Shown here: positions 1 through 8,800 of the stretch, piece after piece
Layout: each line of letters opens with the position of its first letter
How positions within the stretch are numbered: the stretch's first letter is position 1
The notes under the pieces: model-generated
Database searches by the model: none
The model's input: the letters and a program-made list of their open reading frames with translations, nothing else
Told to the model about the DNA's origin: nothing
Origin: a virus
Taxonomy: Duplodnaviria; Caudoviricetes
Strand: one strand, 5' to 3'
DNA: 25,099 nt
IMG/VR virus record: IMGVR_UViG_3300020216_000017
Location: 1 to 25,099 of that record
Program-made: the position numbers and the translations under genes

Positions 1-121
1 TTACAACTGGTTCATTGACTTCTTTTATTTACCAAGCTATCCCCATAGTCCCTATGGTTTATGTGTTTTGTCAAATTCATCTCACACTTTAGAAGTGTGA
101 GTATTCTTTGACCATAATGAT

Positions 122-158
122 AAAAAAATAAGGATAAGGGTATTAGACCCCTACCCTT
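122..158 (-). terminator. Rho-independent terminator after the holin gene
   Basis: Minus strand AAGGGTAGGGGT-CTAAT-ACCCTTATCCTT (12 bp with G-U pairs) followed by ATTTTTTT; overlaps the holin stop codon. Confidence 0.8.
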
Positions 159-447
159 TTTCTGATTGGTTCTTTTTATTTTGTTTAAAGTCTTTTCGTT
201 TTCCCACAGCAAATTTACCTGCTTCTTCTTTTTGTCTACCATAATGAGTTACAGGCTGGTTTGTAAACCAGTTATAAATCGCTAAAATAACACTTAGAGC
301 TAAAAAGATGCCTTCACCAATTTCCTCATTTGTCCATGGTATAGGCTCCCAACCGAAAAACTCTGTCATTACATACCCTAGCATAGAAATTAGCATAACG
401 GCTAATCGAACTAAAGGAGTGTATTTCTCCATTTCTTCTTTTTTCAA
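151..447 (-). CDS. Holin, SPP1-family-like (two transmembrane helices)
   Basis: 98 aa with two hydrophobic segments, a WEPIPW loop and WFTNQPVT resembling the SPP1-holin WWKNNxxT motif, plus a basic C-tail. TTG start with AAGGGAAGGTG RBS. Follows the sigma factor gene, as recalled for related myoviruses. Confidence 0.75.
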   Translation of the reverse strand: MKKEEMEKYTPLVRLAVMLISMLGYVMTEFFGWEPIPWTNEEIGEGIFLALSVILAIYNWFTNQPVTHYGRQKEEAGKFAVGKRKDFKQNKKNQSEKG

Positions 448-480
448 ACGCTAAGCACCTTCCCTTTTAGTTGCTAACCA

Positions 481-490
481 TAATATAGCA
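481..490 (-). promoter_or_regulatory. Putative phage late promoter motif TGCTATATTA upstream of holin
   Basis: Resembles the TG(T/C)TATATTA-type late promoter consensus recalled for Twort-like phages; no sigma-A -35 element at the expected spacing. Confidence 0.55.
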
Positions 491-510
491 TGAACAAGGA
501 AGGAAAAGTG

Positions 511-1125
511 TTAAGAATGAAGCTTATACCATATGTAATTTTGGATTTCTGTTAGTTCTCTTTTAGCTTCGCTAATAGAAGTACCAAAGGTATTTGCAAT
601 CGATTTTGCTAAACCTTTTTCTTTTGCTCGACCTTCAATTAAAGCTTGAAAAATATATAGTTCCATTTCATTAAAATCAGTTCCAGACATAAGGTATTCT
701 AAAAGCTCTTGATATTCGATGGATTCCGTAGAGTGAACATCTTCTGAAAGCATACCCTCTACCTCATCATCTTCTTTTCCAAGAAATTCTCTTCCTTTAT
801 CTCTGAATCGACCTTTGACAAAACTATACCTTACTCTTAGATTTAGAGCTTTTTTGATATAACCGGGAAAATCTACATAACCATTAATATCATACTCTTT
901 TGTTAGTTTAACGAATTGTTCATTGATGTAACTCATTAGCTCTCGTCTTGTTGCTTCATCAGGGAAAGAATTCTTATGTGTATTGTAAACTTTATGTCTT
1001 AAGTTAGAATATTTAACAAAAAGCTTATCTACGTCCCTTGGAAAAACACCCGAGCCATGTTCTTCTTTAACAAAACGATTACCATTTCTTATCTCTTTAC
1101 TTTCTTCATTTATATCCCTAACCAA
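511..1125 (-). CDS. Phage RNA polymerase sigma factor
   Basis: 204 aa with a region-2-like segment (EQFVKLTKEYDINGYVDFPGYIKKAL) and a C-terminal HTH; lies two genes after recA, as in phage K/A511-like genomes. TTG start. Confidence 0.8.
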   Translation of the reverse strand: MVRDINEESKEIRNGNRFVKEEHGSGVFPRDVDKLFVKYSNLRHKVYNTHKNSFPDEATRRELMSYINEQFVKLTKEYDINGYVDFPGYIKKALNLRVRYSFVKGRFRDKGREFLGKEDDEVEGMLSEDVHSTESIEYQELLEYLMSGTDFNEMELYIFQALIEGRAKEKGLAKSIANTFGTSISEAKRELTEIQNYIWYKLHS

Positions 1126-1504
1126 ATGGATTCATCCCTTTAAAAATAATCTTTGGTTGCCTTTTGCTTTGACCTCGACTTCCCTCATACTGGGTATAAA
1201 CATCTGTATACTGAATCGTGTGGGGAACTTTAATCTCTTCGCCATATCGGTAAATTTTTTGGTAACCTAAACACCATCGACTCCCTACATAAGCTATTTT
1301 AATAACCACTGAGTGAGCATAACTTAATTCTGAATTTTCAATTAAAACTTCTGTTCCTTCATCTTTAGCTTTTTGAAACATGTTCTTAATCGGTTTTAGT
1401 TGAGGAGGTGTTTTCACATCTTTAAATGTTTTTTGATTTTCTTCTTGGATTGCCATAATATCTATAGCAGACTCTTGTTGTTTTGGTTCGTTTCTATTTG
1501 CCAT
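1118..1504 (-). CDS. Conserved phage hypothetical protein (between recA and sigma factor)
   Basis: 128-aa ORF with AAAAGGAG RBS, overlapping the sigma factor start. Confidence 0.8.
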   Translation of the reverse strand: MANRNEPKQQESAIDIMAIQEENQKTFKDVKTPPQLKPIKNMFQKAKDEGTEVLIENSELSYAHSVVIKIAYVGSRWCLGYQKIYRYGEEIKVPHTIQYTDVYTQYEGSRGQSKRQPKIIFKGMNPFG

Positions 1505-1518
1505 AAATGTCTCCTTTT

Positions 1519-1548
1519 AAAATATAAGGCAGGAGATTAGTCCTGCCT
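1519..1548 (-). terminator. Terminator-like hairpin after recA
   Basis: AGGCAGGA-CTAATC-TCCTGCCT (8 bp perfect) followed by TATATTTT. Confidence 0.65.
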
Positions 1549-2809
1549 ATACTTCATCTAATAAGTCATCTACTTCAGGTTGTTTTTCTTCTTTAGGCGC
1601 TTGGGCTTTATCTGGAGAATATTTATTCACGTAATCTTCTCCAATTTCTTTATAAATGGGTATTTTTTTAATATCTACTTGTTTGTTGTTAAATGGAGAA
1701 TACCCATTAGGAAAACTTATTGCCATCATTCGTCCAAATAATTCTACTAAGGTGGCATAACCTTCTTCAGATTTAAGGTATTCTACCCATTTAGCGTTTG
1801 AATTAAATTGAATCTTATCTCCTGATAGAGTAACATACTTCTTCCAAGTACCTCCAGAAATTAAACTATATTGTTTATAAGGCGCTTGACAAGCACGGTA
1901 AACATTCTCTTCAAAATCTAGCCCTGTATCACTCAACAAATACATTTCAGCTTTTTGTTGTGGACGGGAAACTTTTGATTTAATTGTCTTGAACCTCATA
2001 ATATGACCAATATAATTTTCTTCTTCTGCACCAAAGGCATTTGTTACCTTATCTTTTAACGGAGAAGCTTTTTGAACTTCAATACGTAAGCTAGCTAAAT
2101 GTTTAAAAGCATTCCCACCTGAAGAATCTATGCCTCCAAACATAGAACCTATTTCATCACGAGCTTGATTAATAGCTATAAATAACGTTTGAGAATCATT
2201 TATTTGTGGAGCAACAATCTTAGAAAATTGGGTTAAAGCTTTTGCTTGAATACCAGGCATAGAATCTCCTACACCACGTTCCAACTCCTTAGCGGCAGGT
2301 GTCTGAGAAACAGAATCCCAGATAATCACTAAAGGTTGATTTTTTGCTTTATAGGCAGAAGTTAGCTTTCCAATTTCTTCTGCTACTCGTTCAATAGTCA
2401 TAGATTCAGAGACTACAGCTCCTGTTGCTTTATCCTTTTTTTTCTCGGGCTGTACTGAGTAAATACCGCCTTTTTGCAAGTCTACCCCTAATTGCTTCAT
2501 ACGAGCAGACTCAGTTGTTCCTTCAACATCAATCCAAACGACGGGTACCCCTAACATTTGAGCTACTTTAGTAAAGTGGACTGCTGCACTACTTTTCCCA
2601 GACTGATTCTTGCCTAAAGCCTCTACAAGGCGCCCGAAAGGTAATCCACCGCCTAAAGCATAGTCTAAATGAGGAACCATCGTAGGTAAGCGATTTGTTA
2701 CACTAGCATAATCTTCATCCCTAAACTGTGTTAATCCTATTTCCTGACCTACATCAATAGTACTTGCGTCTACTTTTTGGTTTTTTTCTGACTGTTTCTT
2801 TCTTGCCAA
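1547..2809 (-). CDS. recA: RecA/UvsX-like recombinase
   Basis: LDYALGGGLPFGRLVE, Walker A GKNQSGKS, WIDVEG, Walker B IIWDSV, INQAR and SGGNAFKH. TTG start with GAGGAGG RBS. Confidence 0.95.
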   Translation of the reverse strand: MARKKQSEKNQKVDASTIDVGQEIGLTQFRDEDYASVTNRLPTMVPHLDYALGGGLPFGRLVEALGKNQSGKSSAAVHFTKVAQMLGVPVVWIDVEGTTESARMKQLGVDLQKGGIYSVQPEKKKDKATGAVVSESMTIERVAEEIGKLTSAYKAKNQPLVIIWDSVSQTPAAKELERGVGDSMPGIQAKALTQFSKIVAPQINDSQTLFIAINQARDEIGSMFGGIDSSGGNAFKHLASLRIEVQKASPLKDKVTNAFGAEEENYIGHIMRFKTIKSKVSRPQQKAEMYLLSDTGLDFEENVYRACQAPYKQYSLISGGTWKKYVTLSGDKIQFNSNAKWVEYLKSEEGYATLVELFGRMMAISFPNGYSPFNNKQVDIKKIPIYKEIGEDYVNKYSPDKAQAPKEEKQPEVDDLLDEV

Positions 2810-3168
2810 TCAAGAATCCTCCTCTATGTCATGTCTTGCAATAGAAGAATTTGCCCAGTTACGGGCTTCTTCAAGTTTAATATGAGCAATGGTTTTTCTC
2901 TACCATCTACACATATTTCTTCTATTAAATTAGCATATGCTTTTCCCATTTCTCTGACTTTAGCATATTTCTCTTCTTTTTGGACTGTAGGCTGATGCCA
3001 ACGATAAGCTTCATCAATGTACTCTTTACTTACACCAAAGTCAACGTAGTTCCCTAGTTTCTGTTCTAGTTTTTCCACCTTTTCATTTAAGTCCGAGTTT
3101 TCCATAGACACTTGACTTAAACTCTCTTTGATGTCTTTTAGCATTTCTGTTACAGCTTGTTCTTCCAT
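2810..3168 (-). pseudogene. Acb2/Tad1-hairpin-like putative anti-defence protein with N-terminal coiled coil, interrupted by a 1-nt frameshift in an A5 run (2893-2897)
   Basis: Frame 0 reads YRWHQPT...KYAKVREMGKAYANLIEEICVDGREK. The -1 frame continues TIAHIKLEEARNWANSSIARHDIEEDS*, and that TGA (2810-2812) abuts the recA TTG start. Confidence 0.75.
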
Positions 3169-3182
3169 ACGCTTTAGCTCCT

Positions 3183-3221
3183 TAAATAAGAATGAAGGGC
3201 AAGAGAATGCCCTTCATTCTT
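3183..3221 (-). terminator. 14-bp perfect hairpin after SSB (terminator or processing/stability stem)
   Basis: AAGAATGAAGGGCA-TTCTCT-TGCCCTTCATTCTT followed by ATTT; the U-tract is weak. Confidence 0.6.
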
Positions 3222-4498
3222 TACATTCCTTTTAGCAATTCGTCTACATCAGGATAACTACTTGGTGCTTCCTGAGGTTGTTGTTGTTGTGTTTGTTGCG
3301 GTTGAGATTGTTGTTGCTGAGCCAACTGCTCTCTTTGACCTCCTTGAGCAGGCATACCCTGACCCTGACCTTGACCTTGAGCCTGTGGTTGAGGCTGAAC
3401 AGGCGCTTGGGGTTGAGGTTGTTCTTGTGGTTGTGGAGAAACTGGTTGTCCCTGGTTAGGATAAGGACTTTCATTTCCTGGTACATCTGGCATACTTGTT
3501 AAGTTCGTTGGCAAAGTATCATCATTTACAGCATCCGCAGGGTTAGGTGCTTGCGGTTGAGTAGGTGGTGTAGGTGCTTGTCCACCATAGCCGTTCATGC
3601 CTGTGGCAGACCCGTTGTTTTGTTGAGGGCTCCAATTGCCCACAGGTTGTGTTGGAGCGGCTGTGTTTGGTTGTGGTTGCCCCTGAGGTGCATTGTTTTG
3701 CCCGCCAGTTTGTTCTTCACCATTTACCACTCGAATAAAGTAGTCTGCATAGTCTTTACTATGTTGGATAGTAGGTGTTGCTTGATAAGTTAAATCTTCT
3801 AATTGGTTTTCCCAACCTTGTGGCAAAGGTCCTAAAGCCATATTCTGCATCAAGTCTACTGAGTAGCTCTTTGGTCCTGGTTGGCTAGAATCTGGTTTTT
3901 TAATCAACAAAGGATAAGCTGCTAAGCTTGAAATAAAACTATACTCTGCTGCTGGATCATTTGTCTGTTGCAAAGCTTGCGGTGCATACATAGGGTTCGT
4001 TAGCTTTTCATTAATAGCCTGAGCCGCTGAAAAAGGTAGTTTTAACAACCGTACAACAAGCTCTCCTGTTTGTGGGTCACGTTCTTCTTCATATTGACCT
4101 GTTTGCGGGTTTTGTACCACATAAGTTGCATTCACTAAAAATTTCATCCCTGGTTTTTGTTCACGACTATAGCCTGGTACCATTTTACGTTGACGCCATT
4201 GAGTAATAGCTTGGTCTAACTCATCATTTGCATCTCCAAATGGGTGTAGTACAGCGTTGATTGCTAAGTCTTTATTATTATGATTTCGTACTTGTAAATA
4301 GATTTCTCTTGTTTGTACAGCATACATCGCACCGTTTTCTACTGGCGGTAAAATCCGTACTAAAATAGACGAAGGGTTTCCTTTAGGGAAACGGATGTCT
4401 TGGTGTTTTAAGTGTAGGGCTGGGTAATCTGCAGGTGGACGTTCATTCCCTCCTGATTGTTGTTGTATTTGTTGCTTTAAGTTATCTTGAAATCCCAT
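3221..4498 (-). CDS. Single-stranded DNA-binding protein (gp32-like) with long Gln/Pro-rich tail
   Basis: 425 aa. Globular N-terminal part with the VRILPP motif, a low-complexity C-terminal ~160 aa, and acidic/hydrophobic end DVDELLKGM. Lies between the UvsY-like gene and recA. Confidence 0.75.
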   Translation of the reverse strand: MGFQDNLKQQIQQQSGGNERPPADYPALHLKHQDIRFPKGNPSSILVRILPPVENGAMYAVQTREIYLQVRNHNNKDLAINAVLHPFGDANDELDQAITQWRQRKMVPGYSREQKPGMKFLVNATYVVQNPQTGQYEEERDPQTGELVVRLLKLPFSAAQAINEKLTNPMYAPQALQQTNDPAAEYSFISSLAAYPLLIKKPDSSQPGPKSYSVDLMQNMALGPLPQGWENQLEDLTYQATPTIQHSKDYADYFIRVVNGEEQTGGQNNAPQGQPQPNTAAPTQPVGNWSPQQNNGSATGMNGYGGQAPTPPTQPQAPNPADAVNDDTLPTNLTSMPDVPGNESPYPNQGQPVSPQPQEQPQPQAPVQPQPQAQGQGQGQGMPAQGGQREQLAQQQQSQPQQTQQQQPQEAPSSYPDVDELLKGM

Positions 4499-4538
4499 AG
4501 TTTATTTCTCCTTTAAGTATTATTTAAATCGTAGCTTT

Positions 4539-5033
4539 TTACGGCATCTGATTTGGCATATTTAACTTTTTACTATATTCATACTCTTTTCTTTGGTCAG
4601 CACCATATTGAATCAACATGTCTTTTCTTTGTTCAAATGCTTTAACTAAAGCTTTAATTTGATTCACTTGGTAATGAATAGCTACCACGTTATTGCAAAG
4701 ATTATAGTAGTCTCCATCTAACATGATTTGAGAATCAATCTGGTCTTTTGAAGGTCGAGTAACCCCTTCTGCTAATAATTTTTGCCTTGAAGGCTCATAA
4801 AGTTCTGAACGCTTTTTATCTGCTTGTAACTCATAACTTTCCTCATAGAGTTTCAACTGCTCTAATAATGAAGCCCAATAAGAATATTTACTTGATTGGT
4901 GTAAAAATTCATCTCTTACATTAAAAGGGTCTACAGCTAGTTCTTTATTTATGTCATAAGTTTGAGTTTCCCCGTTTTCGTCTGTAATTCTGACCTTGTC
5001 AAAATCAATATTTGTTACCCTCAATTCCAACAC
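4539..5033 (-). CDS. UvsY-like recombination mediator protein
   Basis: 164 aa, helical; ELAVD...EFLHQSSKYSYWASLL and KAFEQRKDML fit the UvsY-like pattern; syntenic with SSB and recA. Confidence 0.65.
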   Translation of the reverse strand: MLELRVTNIDFDKVRITDENGETQTYDINKELAVDPFNVRDEFLHQSSKYSYWASLLEQLKLYEESYELQADKKRSELYEPSRQKLLAEGVTRPSKDQIDSQIMLDGDYYNLCNNVVAIHYQVNQIKALVKAFEQRKDMLIQYGADQRKEYEYSKKLNMPNQMP

Positions 5034-5071
5034 ATGGACATCTTCCTTTCCGTTATATTTATTACCTCAAC

Positions 5072-5100
5072 AGTATAACATATAATTCCTGCATTTACAA
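5072..5100 (-). promoter_or_regulatory. Sigma-A-type promoter for the UvsY-SSB-recA unit
   Basis: TTGTAA-17 nt-TATACT with extended -10 TG. Confidence 0.75.
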
Positions 5101-5118
5101 GTGAAACCCATAAAAATT

Positions 5119-5793
5119 TTATTCTTTATACCAGTAGTAGTTTTTATACAAAAACCCTTCTGGTTCTTCTTTAAATCGTTTCAACAAAGGACTCTTTACA
5201 TTTAAAAACCTACTAGCTCCTCGAATACTTGAGAATTCTATTTCTTCTCCTGTATCCTTATGGACGGCTTGTACTTTTTGTTTTTTCTGTTTTTGTCGGT
5301 CTTTTTTGTTTTTAAACTTCCACATGTATCCACAAGATGTTCCTTTATCTCTTTCTAAAGCTGAAGCAATCGTAGAAATCCTTGTGTTCATAGCTTGTGA
5401 AGCCTCTTTTATAGAAGAAAATTCCTTTATAATATTCCCGGTCTCTTTATCTAGTTGCAGTACAGGTTTTACTTGCACTTTCAACAAAGAGGCTCTTCCT
5501 TTACCCGCAGGTTTAACCCACTCTAGATTAGATGCCTCATTATTTAACTTATCACCGTCTATATGAACAACATGATAACCGGGTTTATACCCTTCACAAA
5601 AAGCTCTAGCCACTATTCTATGACCTAATCGCTCACCATTATTTAAAGTATTTGGTAAGTTGTACTGGATATACCCAGTTGTCATTGGAGTTTCTCTTAA
5701 CACTTTACCTGTTTTCTTTCTTCTAACTTTCCCTAAATTGGAAACTTCATAGTTTGTATTTATAGCAACATCTTTCCATACTTCTTCCAACAA
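5119..5793 (-). CDS. Free-standing HNH homing endonuclease-like protein (NUMOD4 + HNH + NUMOD1-like repeats), possibly inactive
   Basis: EVWKDV...YEVSNLGKVR (NUMOD4), HRIVARAF...HIDGDKLNNEASNLEW (HNH), and two EFSSIxxAS helix-turn-helix repeats. Confidence 0.85.
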   Translation of the reverse strand: MLEEVWKDVAINTNYEVSNLGKVRRKKTGKVLRETPMTTGYIQYNLPNTLNNGERLGHRIVARAFCEGYKPGYHVVHIDGDKLNNEASNLEWVKPAGKGRASLLKVQVKPVLQLDKETGNIIKEFSSIKEASQAMNTRISTIASALERDKGTSCGYMWKFKNKKDRQKQKKQKVQAVHKDTGEEIEFSSIRGASRFLNVKSPLLKRFKEEPEGFLYKNYYWYKE

Positions 5794-5807
5794 TTAAACT
5801 CCTTTCT

Positions 5808-8800
5808 TTATCGGATTTTTTGATAAGCAGGCTTTGCCTCTTGAATCTTTTGTAGAGCTTCTTCTGCTTTGTCTTCTGAAATCTTTTCATAGTTTAAGTA
5901 ATCTTGGATTTTTTCTTGGTCTAAATAATACTTAGCATATCCTTTAACTGACTGAAATGTTTTAAAATCATCAGGGTCGTAGCCAACTGCGTCGTTATAA
6001 TTTGTGCCAATTTCTACATCAGTTACAATAGGGTAACGAATAGTCTCCCCATTCCACTCAATGAATAAAAACGGCGCTGGGAGATTTTCCATCACAAATT
6101 TCATAACTCTTGCCATTTCTTCAACCTCGTCTTCGGGAACATCCAACTCAATAGAGTCATGGACTGTAACAATAATACGTGACCTTTTGTTATGTTCACG
6201 GATGTAGTCGTCAATATAAGTTAAGGAAAGATTTGTTAAGTATGCCCCTGTTCCTTGGATGATAGTATTCACAGAAGCACGTAACCCTTCATTAATAATG
6301 GAAAAGTCTCTTGACTGAGCCTCTCTTATTAGTCTTCTATGGCCTTGCAAAGTATCCACATAACCATGTTTTTTAACAAAATCATGTGTTTTATCAATAA
6401 ATTCTTTTACATTTGGTTTGTTTTTAAAGTATTTCCTAAAAATCTCCTCTGCTTCTTCTTTTGTAATACCTAACTTAGGGGCTAAGCTTGCTTCAGATTC
6501 CCCATAAACTAGTCCGAAAGAAACAGACTTGGAAGCTTGCCTTTCGTCTCCTGTAATGCTTTCTGCATCTTTGTTAAATACAATGGTTGCTGTACTTGTA
6601 TGCAAATCTTCATTGTTTAAGAAAGCGTTCGTCATTCCTTCATCTCTAGCAATAAGACCTAGAACCCTCATTTCTAGTGCGGAAAAATCTGCACCTAATA
6701 TAGCGCCTCTACTAAACCTAGAAGTAAACATCCGCTTAACTGGATAGTGGTAATCGAAACGATTTGGGTCTCCAATATGTGAAGGGAGTTGTTGTGCATT
6801 AGGGTCTTTAGATGCCAGACGAGATGTGGAGGTGCCTGTAGGTATGTACCTACCGTGAACCCTACCGTCTTTATTTGAAGCTATTCTAGGCAACTTTACA
6901 GCAAAATTGTTTTTTAATGTGTTTACCTTAGAGTATTCCGTTAAAAGTTCAGCCAGTTTACTGTCCTCTGGATAGTTCTCAAGAATATAAGCCAGAGCTT
7001 TCTTATCTGTTTTATAATCTTCCCAAGTTAGCTCATTTTCTTGTACACCATCTCCAAAAGGTGTAGCCTTAATATGTTCTTTATCATAAGGCAAAGTAAA
7101 TCCTTTAATTTTAAATAAAAGTTTTCCTTTATGAACAGAAGAACTTGGATTAAAAGCTATTTTATCTTTTTCAGGGTTATATTTATCTCGGAGCTTAGCC
7201 ATACCTTCATCTCGTTCTTTAGGGGGTTTTTCCCACTCTTTAACTCCTGCTTGGTATAACTTCATATGCTCTTCTTCTAACTGTTTTGTTTCAGGTAACT
7301 CCCTTATTTTACCTAGAATACGTTCTGCCTCTTTAGTATACTGCTCAATCAAAACATTAGAATAATCCTTATCTATTTCCATACCTTCAGACTCAATATG
7401 TGCTAAAGTTTTTATTAGTCTAGGGTAAAAATCACACCATTGTTGATACATTTTTTCATTATCTTCAATCCGTTTTTTTAGCTCATGGTAAACACGTAAA
7501 CAACAGTCAGTATCTCCACTAGCATAAGGGTGAATTAACTCTAAAGGAATCCAATCATAGTTAAAGTTTCCTCCGTCTACTTCATTAGTCAACTTAATAG
7601 AACTTTTAGTTGGAAACTTAGGCATTTTTTCTTTTACGGGTTTTTCTGGCTTATTAGTTCCTTCTTCTTTTGCCTTTTTAAGTTGCTCTTTATACTCTTT
7701 TAAATCCTCTTTATACTTTTCTTCAATTTCTTTTTTCTTTTCTTCTTTCTGTTCGTCAATTTTAGCCTTTTCTTGTTCTACGTATTTTTTGGTATACTCT
7801 TTTTTGAACTCCTCTAAAGGTTCATCATATCCGCCCATATCTGTTAGCTCATAGGCTAAGTCAGACAACTTTTTAGAGTCTTCCACATCCTGGGAAACAA
7901 CTAAATAGTATCCTATTAAAGTATCCATATTACTGTTAAAATCTTGAAAACCTTTTGTACTCATTAAAAAACGTATGTCATACTTTAGGTTGTGCCCAAC
8001 CTTTGTTTGTTCTGGGTCAGCTACATACTCTTTAATTAAACTATAAATTTCTTCTAGCTCTTCTTTACTCCACGTAGCTTCTCTCTTTTCTATAGGAATT
8101 GTTACCCCCTGCGCTTCCTCCCAGCTGCAAGAAAAAATTAATGGCTTTGCTCCTAGAGCTTCTGGTACTAAAGAATTCGTCTCTAAATCCCAACTAGATA
8201 CAGGTTTATTTGTTCTAAGGTAGCTAAAAATTTCTCTTACTCGGTCTATACTAGTTACTAGCTCATAGTCCACTTCTTTAGGAATAAACGCTTCATCTCC
8301 ACGCTTCATGTATTCCCCTAACGTGCCTACATCTGCGGTTAATAAGTTTTCAATGTTAGGATTCGTTAGGTAGTACTCCATACTAAACATTGGTAACACC
8401 CATGGTTCATAATCTTCAGCTATTTTAACCTTAGTAGGTACACCTCGGGTTTTCGTAATAGAAGCTATACCTAATAGATTCTTACACCCCATATTTCCTG
8501 TTGGAATGATAATATCAGGTCGACTTTCTAAAAGTCTCTGCTTTAGTCTTTCTTCATGGTCTTTTCTTTCTGAAATTTTAATTGGTTTATACTTAACAAT
8601 TTTTCCGGTACGAGGATTAACTTTTTGAGCACCAGGGATTTCATCATAGTCAAAGTCAATATCATAGTCTCTTCCAGTCATCTCTATTCGACTTAATAAA
8701 CTTGTTAGCATTTTCCCTGCTTCAGATTGTTTAAACTTGACTTTAGGTTGACCTTTTTCATTCGAGACATAATTTTCCCTAATGAATTCTAACAAAAATA

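Noticed and set aside
12-242. 76-aa minus-strand ORF overlapping the holin end
   Set aside because: It runs through the holin terminator, has no clear RBS and has no recognisable features.
430-447. Holin dual-start (holin/antiholin) motif TTG-KKEE-ATG
   Set aside because: The extension has no net positive charge and the second start lacks a convincing SD, so support is too weak.
3244-3793. Several alternative-frame and antisense ORFs inside the SSB tail
   Set aside because: They are by-products of the low-complexity Gln/Pro codon repeats, which lack stops in other frames.
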